Shown here piece by piece: positions 19,267-28,400 of a stretch of DNA of 64,000 nucleotides. The notes beneath the pieces were generated by a model. It was given only the letters and a program-made list of their open reading frames with translations. It made no database searches and had not been told where the DNA came from. The number at the start of each line of letters is the position of its first letter. Position 1 is the first letter of the stretch. The stretch spans positions 36,977 to 100,976 of the forward strand of contig CAZYWG010000004.1 in the NCBI GenBank assembly GCA_964651815.1, read 5' to 3'. This DNA comes from an uncultured Gammaproteobacteria bacterium (GTDB taxonomy: Bacteria > Patescibacteriota > Microgenomatia > Levybacterales > GWA1-39-11). The translations under genes and the position numbers were made by a program.

Positions 19267-20718
19267 ATGCCAGTACGAAGTACTAAATCTGCAAAGATTG
19301 TTAAAGCAAAAACCCTAGAGCCCAAGGAATTGGAAGATGTTAAGGTGACTGAGCCTCAGAGTGAGGCTAATATCGAGTCTATCGAAACTCCTACCACAGT
19401 TCCTTCGGAAGAGGCTACAGTCATGCCTCCTGAGCCTATGAGGTCGGAAGAATCTGGTAATTCAGATAACAGAATGAATGTGGACATGGATTCGCAGGCG
19501 CAAGACAGGTCAGATCGTGGCCAATCGTCATCTTATCAGCCTCGTGGAAGATATTCAAGAGATAGTTATAATGACAGACCGGACCGTGAGGTAGACGTGC
19601 GTGCTGACGAAGTCACCGTGCCTGTTTCAGGAATTCTTGATATCCAGCATGAGGGACACGGATTTCTCCGTCCCAAATTCCGTGCCTCCGACCGTGATAT
19701 TTATATTTCAGCCTCACAAATTAGACGTTTTTGGCTAAGAGGCGGAGATTTAGTTGAAGGGGTTGGGCGTCCTCCAAAAGATAATGAGCGGTATTTTGGC
19801 CTTTTAAAAATAGAAAAAGTAAATGGAGATGAGCCTGATAAATCGCTTCGCAGGCCCCATTTTGATGATTTAACGCCTATTTACCCAAAAGAGCAAATTA
19901 TGCTCTCAACCGGAAAAACGCCTCTTTCAACCAGAATTATAGATATAGTATCTCCAATTGGATTTGGGCAGCGTGGAATGATAGTCTCGCCCCCAAAAGC
20001 CGGTAAAACAACCATTATTAAAGAGGTGGCAGCAGGTATTTCAGCCAATTACCCTGACGTTCACTTAATGGCTGTTTTGATAGGTGAGAGGCCTGAAGAG
20101 GTAACAGACATCTCAAGAAGCGTAAGGGGTGAGGTTGTAGCCTCAAATTTTGATGAATCTCCTGAAACACAGACTAGAATTGCCGAGATTGCCATGGAAC
20201 GTGCTAAGCGCCTGGTTGAGCGTGGAGTACGCGTGATAATATTACTTGATTCTATTACGAGGCTGGCTCGTGCCTATAATTTGTCCATTGATCCTTCCGG
20301 TCGTACGCTCACGGGTGGATTTGACCCTGCGGCTTTATATCCTGCAAAGCGTTTCTTTGGAGCTGCTAGAAATTGTGAAGAAGGCGGCTCGCTTACTATA
20401 ATTGGAACAGCCTTGGTTGATACAGGATCACGCATGGATGACTTGATATTCGAGGAATTTAAGGGTACTGGGAACATGGAAGTACACTTGGATCGTCGTC
20501 TTGCGGAAAGAAGAATTTGGCCGGCAATTAATGTAGAGCGCTCCGGAACCCGTGCTGAGGAATTGATACTTGACGAAGAAACCCTCAAAAAAGTAACAAC
20601 TTTGAGGCGAATGATTGATGTATTAGGGCAGGATGAAAGAACAGAGGTATTGATGGAAAGAATTGCAAAGACAGAAAATAATAAAGAATTCCTCGAAGCC
20701 CTCGGAAAAGGCGAATAA
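19267..20718 (+). CDS. rho: transcription termination factor Rho
   Basis: GHGFLR, DIYISASQIRRF, PIGFGQRGMIVSPPKAGKT, DSITRLARAYN, EEFKGTGNME. Confidence 0.98.
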   Translation: MPVRSTKSAKIVKAKTLEPKELEDVKVTEPQSEANIESIETPTTVPSEEATVMPPEPMRSEESGNSDNRMNVDMDSQAQDRSDRGQSSSYQPRGRYSRDSYNDRPDREVDVRADEVTVPVSGILDIQHEGHGFLRPKFRASDRDIYISASQIRRFWLRGGDLVEGVGRPPKDNERYFGLLKIEKVNGDEPDKSLRRPHFDDLTPIYPKEQIMLSTGKTPLSTRIIDIVSPIGFGQRGMIVSPPKAGKTTIIKEVAAGISANYPDVHLMAVLIGERPEEVTDISRSVRGEVVASNFDESPETQTRIAEIAMERAKRLVERGVRVIILLDSITRLARAYNLSIDPSGRTLTGGFDPAALYPAKRFFGAARNCEEGGSLTIIGTALVDTGSRMDDLIFEEFKGTGNMEVHLDRRLAERRIWPAINVERSGTRAEELILDEETLKKVTTLRRMIDVLGQDERTEVLMERIAKTENNKEFLEALGKGE

Positions 20719-20788
20719 AAACCTAATTTAGCTCCGGATTCTCTTGCATCTCCCTTGACATATAAAAATTTAGAGTTAGAATCTAGGC

Positions 20789-21358
20789 ATGACTCAAATA
20801 GAAAGCGACTCCCTACTTGCAGCAGCATACAAGCGTGAGCATTTGGAAAGTGGACTTGCTGTTTCAGCAAGGGCATTGCAAGAGAAACGTAATAATGTAC
20901 CCCTGGTTTGGCCTGAATGGTTCAAGGAAGACGGCCAATTTTTAAGTGAGACAGGAGCACTCGATGCATTAAGGAGAGCTCGCAACCGTCTTTTGGTGGA
21001 ATACAAAGACGCAAGAATAATTGTATCTCCAACCGATGAGCTTGGAATGGAATCGACTCCGAGACTTTTTTTAATTTGGGGGAATCAGGAAAGGCCGAGA
21101 AAATGGAGCGTCCATTGGATGTTTAATGCTGTAGGTGTATATCCAAAAAAAGATGAAAACGGGAAAAGGCTAGGGGTTGTATTTGACGGTAGTCGCGGAT
21201 ACGTAGCAACATTAGGGGAGTCCGAATTAACTGGCGAATCATTTGACGCGTCGATAGTGAAGGCTGCTAATGGGTCAGGCTTGATATCTGGATATCCTCC
21301 TACAAGTCCGTTCAGATTTGTCAAACAAAGAAAAATTGCTGCGGCGACAATCAGATAG
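20789..21358 (+). CDS. hypothetical protein
   Basis: 189-aa ORF; TTGACA-N16-TAGAAT ends 6 nt before the ATG. Confidence 0.7.
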   Translation: MTQIESDSLLAAAYKREHLESGLAVSARALQEKRNNVPLVWPEWFKEDGQFLSETGALDALRRARNRLLVEYKDARIIVSPTDELGMESTPRLFLIWGNQERPRKWSVHWMFNAVGVYPKKDENGKRLGVVFDGSRGYVATLGESELTGESFDASIVKAANGSGLISGYPPTSPFRFVKQRKIAAATIR

Positions 21359-21366
21359 AGTTCTAT

Positions 21367-22500
21367 CTATTGTAGGAAACTGAGGGGGTTGTAGAAGCTT
21401 CCGCCGCCTCTTACTTCAAAGTGAACGTGAGGACCTGTTGTCCTTCCTGTCAATCCAATCCAGCCAACAACACTTTTACCAGCAGCGACCGTTTGACCCA
21501 CAGAAACATTTACGCCAGACATGTGTGCATAGAGTGTTGTATAACCGTTGTCTCCATGAATTAGGACATGTGTGCCATAGCCGCCATTGTATCCGCTTGT
21601 GAAGACCTCAGAAACCGTCCCATTTGAAGATGCAACGATTGGTGAACCGTAAGGCGCTGCTATATCTGCAGCTTGGTGGTACCAAGAGAACCCTTGTGTG
21701 ACAAGGCCGTGAATTGGCCATGTAAATCCACCGGCTGATATAGATACCGGGCCGGTTGCTATATATTGCGTACGAATTACACGAGGCGCTTCCTGCGGTG
21801 GAACGCCGTCCGGGACAATTAATATCTCTCCTTCAATGAGGGAGAATGTCTGCGGATTTGCAAAGTCGTTGAAAGGGAAATCAACAATACTTTGCGCATC
21901 AATACCATATTTTTTAGCAATTGTGTATACTGTCTCGCCCCTTACAACCTTATGAGAGACACCGGTTACTGGGAGGACATCCAATTGGTCGCCTGCCGTA
22001 ATTGTGTCTGAAGTGAGGCTGTTTTGCCATTTTATAGTATCTGTTGAGACGCCAAATTTTTTGGCAACTGTTGAAATAGTATCTCCATTTTGGACGGTAT
22101 AGGTTAATATTTTGTCTCTGGGTTTTTGGCTTGTTTGAGTATTGAATACGTCAACAGAAGTAATAGATGAATCCGTAGCGCCTTGGGCAAATGAAAGATT
22201 TTTATTTTGGCCAAAAAGATTTGTGTCTGAGATAAACGGAGAGAAAATGACACCAAGAGTAAGAACCGTCATAGCGCTTATATGCAAGAAAATTCTATTT
22301 CTGCGGCCACGTTTTATTAAAATGTTTCTGACTAAGCTTCCTTTTGATCCCTCAAAGCGAGCTGAAATGAAAATTATTTTATCCTTAAGATATATGTTAA
22401 GAAAGGAAACAAATCCCTTAAACTGGTGGAATAAGTAAACATATGATTGCCTTGAGAATATGGATTTGAAAGTAACTTTTGCCTCGTTTATAAGTTGCAT
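21367..22500 (-). CDS. LysM x2 + M23 peptidase
   Basis: YTVQNGDTISTVAKKFGVS LysM; HQAAD, YAHM, TGPHVHFEV M23 motifs. Confidence 0.93.
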   Translation of the reverse strand: MQLINEAKVTFKSIFSRQSYVYLFHQFKGFVSFLNIYLKDKIIFISARFEGSKGSLVRNILIKRGRRNRIFLHISAMTVLTLGVIFSPFISDTNLFGQNKNLSFAQGATDSSITSVDVFNTQTSQKPRDKILTYTVQNGDTISTVAKKFGVSTDTIKWQNSLTSDTITAGDQLDVLPVTGVSHKVVRGETVYTIAKKYGIDAQSIVDFPFNDFANPQTFSLIEGEILIVPDGVPPQEAPRVIRTQYIATGPVSISAGGFTWPIHGLVTQGFSWYHQAADIAAPYGSPIVASSNGTVSEVFTSGYNGGYGTHVLIHGDNGYTTLYAHMSGVNVSVGQTVAAGKSVVGWIGLTGRTTGPHVHFEVRGGGSFYNPLSFLQ

Positions 22501-22757
22501 GTGATTGAATAGCGTTGAAAATAGGTCTTGGGCTCTAACTTCAACCGAAAGCTGAATAGGGTTCGGCCGCGGCACAAATACAAGCATCTATCTCGCTAAG
22601 CGGGATAGAAGAGCCATTAGCTTACCAGAAATGACAAGAAAAAGTCAAACCCCGAGCAGACAATAGTTATTAGTTAATAGGGAATAGTTTATAAAATCGA
22701 GCATTTGAAGATGACTTCTCAATTTCTGCTTTAACAACCAATCAGTTATTATATATT

Positions 22758-24890
22758 CTACTGCGTGGGGGAGGGTGCAGGAGATGTTGTTGGACTTGGA
22801 GTCACTGTTTCAGAAGGTGGAGGAGAGATTTTAATTGGTGGTTTTTGTGGCGGTAAATTACCAGGGGACGGTAGAGCAAGTGGAGTTTGCTCGGTTTGTG
22901 GTGTTACATTACCAGCGGAGGCCTTTTGTTGTCCGAGTTTATCTTCTATAACCTTGATTTCACCATTTATTCTTGTAAGATTAGCCTGATTCCCAACTGA
23001 CAATTGTTTTACAACATTGTATGCCGCGAGTGCATTCTGTAAGTCATTCTTCTGTTCATATACGTGGCCCAAATTGTAATAGGCGTTGGCAAAGTCACGT
23101 TTTAACTGTATGGCAATTTGGAATTGTTGTTGTGCTTGATCCCATTGTTTAAGTTGGTAATATATACCTCCAAGTTGAATGTAGAGCTGTGGGTTGTAAG
23201 GGTCTAGTGCTATTGCCTGGTTGACAGATGCAACTGAGAATTGATCGGCATTTTGGCCTACATTTATCAAATTTCTGTAGATTTCTCCAAGATTCTGCCA
23301 ATTGACTGAGTTGAGAGGGGAGAGTACAACTGCATTTCTCCCGGAGTTTATACTTTGCTGGAGAAGCGCGATTATATTTTGCTGTACCGTTGTGCTTGGA
23401 GTAGTTCCGGGTTTAACAGACGCCGCAAGAGAATTAGCAAGCGCTAAATTAACTTGAGAAAAGATTCTGTGATAATCTGATCTGTAAGGAAATTGATTAA
23501 TGGCTTGTGTTTGGAGAGTATATGTTGCCTGGCCATTATTTGCTTGGGCCGCGCGTAGAGAACTCGCAAAAGCCATATCAGAAATCATGAATTTAACACT
23601 GTAAAATCCTACAAACCCTACAACAAGAAGTACAACAACAAAGACTATAACCGGGAATATAGGGCTTTCTGCACGAGTGCTCCCTCTTTCTCCTTCTGGG
23701 GTTGCTTCAAAAGTAAGCATACCGCTCTTAGTTGAAACCAATGATAATGTAACTTCATAAACTCTTTTGTCCTGTTCTACATTAAGTTGTGCAAAATATA
23801 GCCCTATTAGTATAAATAAGGAAGCGACAGTAATAAATGAGAATGGAAGCAGGATTGAGAGCACAAATGAGACAAAAAGGGCAATAAATAAAGGTCTATT
23901 AACGCCGCGAGTCTTAATGATCGTAAAGACTATTGCAAGGAAGGAAAGGGCACCTAGTATTCCGCTTGTTGCAATAAGCTCTAAGAAGTAGGAAGAAGAA
24001 AAAGAGAAGGAAAGGTTCCAAATGTTTTGCTCGAGGTTAAAGGACGCCAACTTATATTTTGTGAAGTCGGCCAAGAAAGTTCCATATCCTGATCCAAAAA
24101 GCAGGGCATATAGGAATCTGGTAGCGTCTTGGCTTATTGCGGCAAAGGCTGTTTGGAAACCATAAGCATATGGAAGTAGAATTGGTTTGTTTGGGAGAAA
24201 GATAATCTGATCAGCGATTACCAAAATTCCAATAACTGCACATACTGCTGCAGCCGCTTGAATAAATACTCCGTAATCGTTTGCTATGGATGAGTCTCTT
24301 GCTATTTTTAATCCTATGTTAAATCTGTTTCCAATGTAAAGTGCTGCTAAGATTAAGACTGGGATGAGGTATATCAATTGCTGAATTGATGAACCAGTTG
24401 TGTTAAACAATTGGTTTTGCAACGACGCGAAAGGTAACAAATAAATTTTAAAATTGTAAAGCGCGGTTATTATAGCGGATGCTGCTGCACCCAATAAATA
24501 TGCGTAAAGTGCCATATTGAAAGCACTTTTTGTGCGGATTGTATTTATAAGAACTATAGAGAACAAAATAGCTGCAACCGTTGGGACAGTTTGAAGAAGA
24601 GAATCATATCTATTTACTGAAAGAATAGAGGACACTGTTATAACTATTGCAAATATTACGAGAGTTAAATTTACAGGAGCAACCGTCACAACAATTTTGC
24701 GGTCAATGATTATTTTAACTCCCCAGAGGACAAGCAAGATGCTGGTTGCAGCCAACACCAAAAATTGTTTTGGAATTATAAAAGAGTCAGTTGTATTGAT
24801 GAGAAAGAAAAGAGGGAGTAAAAATAATGTTATTAAAATAACAACATTAGATACACGATCAAGATACGAAATAAATTCTTTTTTGTCCAT
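22758..24890 (-). CDS. O-antigen ligase-like membrane protein with C-terminal TPRs
   Basis: About 12 TMs, LFGSGYGTF and ELIATSGILG; TPRs (AIALDPYNP, ANAYYNLGHVY); Pro-rich tail. Confidence 0.8.
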   Translation of the reverse strand: MDKKEFISYLDRVSNVVILITLFLLPLFFLINTTDSFIIPKQFLVLAATSILLVLWGVKIIIDRKIVVTVAPVNLTLVIFAIVITVSSILSVNRYDSLLQTVPTVAAILFSIVLINTIRTKSAFNMALYAYLLGAAASAIITALYNFKIYLLPFASLQNQLFNTTGSSIQQLIYLIPVLILAALYIGNRFNIGLKIARDSSIANDYGVFIQAAAAVCAVIGILVIADQIIFLPNKPILLPYAYGFQTAFAAISQDATRFLYALLFGSGYGTFLADFTKYKLASFNLEQNIWNLSFSFSSSYFLELIATSGILGALSFLAIVFTIIKTRGVNRPLFIALFVSFVLSILLPFSFITVASLFILIGLYFAQLNVEQDKRVYEVTLSLVSTKSGMLTFEATPEGERGSTRAESPIFPVIVFVVVLLVVGFVGFYSVKFMISDMAFASSLRAAQANNGQATYTLQTQAINQFPYRSDYHRIFSQVNLALANSLAASVKPGTTPSTTVQQNIIALLQQSINSGRNAVVLSPLNSVNWQNLGEIYRNLINVGQNADQFSVASVNQAIALDPYNPQLYIQLGGIYYQLKQWDQAQQQFQIAIQLKRDFANAYYNLGHVYEQKNDLQNALAAYNVVKQLSVGNQANLTRINGEIKVIEDKLGQQKASAGNVTPQTEQTPLALPSPGNLPPQKPPIKISPPPSETVTPSPTTSPAPSPTQ

Positions 24891-25406
24891 TGGTAAAACT
24901 TTACAAGGATTTTAATTGTTTGTCAACCCCTTTAAAATAAAAAGCCAGACATCATGATTTTGATCAAAACATTTTGTTTAGCTTGATTAAAGGCTCTAAT
25001 TTAATTCGTCCTTAAATTTTAAAATTCAAAAAAGCTCTTATCAAAACTTACCCAAAATGATTTATCCCATCTTCCGAAAATCCTGTTCGTAAGATAAGAG
25101 TTTGAAAAAACGCGATAGTGAAACTTCTTCATTAACCTGATTATAAATTAGTATGTGAAGGATAAATTTAAAAATAGTCTCTTGTGGAACGTTTTATAAA
25201 TTATATAGATGGTCTCGATATTCCAATAGTCGCTATATATATGTAGGCCAGGCATCGCCGGTTAACAAATTGTACAAATTTGAGCGCTGCACAAAGGGCC
25301 GTAATCCTGAAAAAAGTTTTTCAGGAACGAGCCCTTAGGCACGAATGGTTTGTTGAGTGGAAAAAATGCCTTGCACGTCACAGCTTTTTTATGCTAGCAT
25401 AAAGTT

Positions 25407-28400
25407 ATGGCTGCCCAACCATCAAAATCTGGAATTAAGAAGTTAGAATTAAGAATTAAGAAATCTCTCGCACGCGCTAACAAATATTCCAAATCAAGTG
25501 GGTTTACATTAATTGAGCTTGTTGTTGTAATTGCAATAATTGGAGCACTTTCAACAGGATTATATTCGGCCGTTACTTCACCCAAAGTTAAACAACGTGC
25601 GCAAGATGCGGTACGTTTGCGAGATATAAACCAAATAAAAACAGCCGTTGAATTATACTACCAAGACCATAATTGTTATCCGGCTGCAAGTGACAATGCT
25701 TTTGCAAACTCTCTGACTAATACTGGGACTAAAGCGTGGGTTGAAGGAAGTACAAAATATATGAGCATCGTCCCGCTTGATCCAACTGATAACCCATATA
25801 TTTATAAAACCGATTCGTCAAGCTGTCCGCAATATATGACGCTTTTTGCCAAATTATCTCAGCCCGCAGCCAACTTTACCGCATGCAACATTCCTTCCTA
25901 CACCAAGACAAATGCTACTTGTATACCGAGTACGGCAACTGCACCCCTTGATACAACCTGGGGTTGTGTTTCATCCGGAAGCATTGCATGTGGAGCAGGT
26001 CCAACGCCAACGCCATTTATCTGTTCAGGCGATTCAGATTGTACAGGAGGAAAAGTATGTGTTAACGGTTCATGTGTCCAACCAGGTGCGCCACCACCAA
26101 CCAGCAACAGTTCTGTATTTATTTCTCAAGGATCACCTCCGGCATTAATGAATCTAGGGGCGACCGCAAATATTTCTTTCACATATAAAAATAATGGTGC
26201 AACAACTTGGTCACCCGCTGGCATTTATGAGCTTGGTTCTCAAAATCCGCAAGACAATACAACATGGGGAAATAGCAGAGTCCCTATGACAGCAGGATCT
26301 AGCATTATTCCCGGAAAGAGTTACACATTTTATGCCACCATAACAGCGCCTTTAGTTGGGGGTATTTATAATTACCAGTGGCAAATGTTGCAAAGCAAAA
26401 TTACTATTCCTTCAACTGGCCTTGTATCATATTGGAAAATGGATGAGACAACAGGTACTGCCGTTGCAGATTCAAAAGGGACAAGCACGGGGACTGCAAC
26501 CGGGACAACAATTGTTCCGGGAATATTTAACAATGCGAGGTCATTTAATGGAACAAGTGATTATATAAGTACTAACTATTCTAGCAACTTCGATGTAGCT
26601 CCATCTGGGCTAAGTGTAGGCATGTGGATAAAGCCTACTACTACACTCCAAGCAGGACTTCCCGGAGGGGATCCGTACAAGGTTTTTGCGAGTTCGTATG
26701 ATTGTTCGGTTAATAAGGGGTGGAATGTGGCATATGATGGGACGTCAGGGCAATTATATGTGGCTTTGGGAAATGGGACAACAGGCGCAGCAATTGTTAG
26801 AAGTACTGTTCAAACATTATCAGCCGGCAGTTGGTATCATGTAGTTTTTATTGCTTATCCAAATTCAACTTCAAGTAAAATATATCTAAATGGTGTAGAT
26901 GTAACCGGTACAACTTCTTCGTTTGGATACTCTCCACCTACGGGTTCTATGACAATAGGTAGACAAACAACGAATACCTGCACTTCAAATTACCGCTATG
27001 TAAATGCAACTCTTGACGATATCCAAATTTATAATCGCGCGTTGATTCAAACTGAGATATCGGGATTATATACATCTACTCCATTTGGGGATAAAACTAC
27101 CAATACAACAGTCCTTGTTGTGCCTAATGATCTGGTTGTAGATGCGGATCAGGACGGATATTATACATCTAGCCCGGCACCTGCAGCGTATCCTGTAATT
27201 GCTGCGCAGGTTGTTAATGGAAGGACGTATTACAAAACTGCTACATCTGGGTACCAATATGTTTCCGCTTCAGCAACAACTACTCTCGGCGGAAGTGACT
27301 GTAATGATGGGAGTGCCAATATTTTCCAAAACGTTGCAAACATAGCAACTGATGCTGACTTAGACGGTTATTATACCGGTGCGCCTTCAACACAATGCGT
27401 TGGAGCAACTTACGCAACGGAAGTATCTAGTGGACAGGTGGGGCATTGGGCGATGAATGAAAATTCAGGTAGTTCTGTGGCTGATTCATCATCCGGTAAT
27501 AATAATAGTGGGAATACTTGGGGAGCGCCAATCAGTGGGCTTCTAGCTTGGTGGAAAATGGATGAAGGGGCTAATAATAATGCATTTGATTCAAGTGGTA
27601 ACAATAACACGGCAACTTTTACAAATACTTCTTGGACAGGAGGAAAATTAAGTAGTGCGGAAAGTTTTAATGGCAGTAATGCAAACGGTTCGTCCGGGAG
27701 CATTGCTGGAATAGCAGGCGATCACGCATGGACTATTTCAACCTGGGTGAATACAACAGCGAACCCTAATTTTGCCTGGGGTACTTTGCTGGAGGTGGGA
27801 AATGCTACATGTGACAAAAACCCGGTCCTTTTAAGAAATCCGAGCCAACAATACATAGTAGGCTTCAGAAACGGAACTCAAATTTCTACAACCGGCTTGT
27901 CCATTGGTACATGGGGGCATTTAACAGCTGTTTACACGGGAAGTCTTGGTACTTTAAGTTTGTATTTTAACGGGCAGCTTGTTGCAGGCCCTACACCAGT
28001 CGCTGCAGCAGGCAACGGAGACGGTGGGAAAGTAAATTTTGGGAATGATGCGTGTGGTATGGGCCATTATTTCAATGGTAAGCTTGATGATGTCCATATC
28101 TACAACCGAGCCCTTACGTCTACAGAAGTTGGTAATCTGTATAGCAATGCAGGCGCGGGTGGACCAACAAGGTCTATTTCGGGTATCGGTTTGAATGGGT
28201 CCGGACAATACGTTCAAATTGATAATCCTAGTTCTGGATCTCTAAATCCATCAAGCGCAACAATCACCGGCTGGTTTCAGGCAAGCAATTTAGCCAAGCC
28301 GTCTGGCTGGCAGACAATATTTTTTAAAGGCAATTACGATTGCACGACGGGTTGTGAAGATAGACAGTACGCATTATTTCTTAATAATAACGGAAGTTTA

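Noticed and set aside
22505-22612. c-di-AMP (ydaO) riboswitch upstream of the LysM-M23 gene
   Set aside because: CCGAACCC..TCAGCT resembles the 3' motif, but the 5' GCTGAA and GGGGA elements are missing; only a structured leader is supportable
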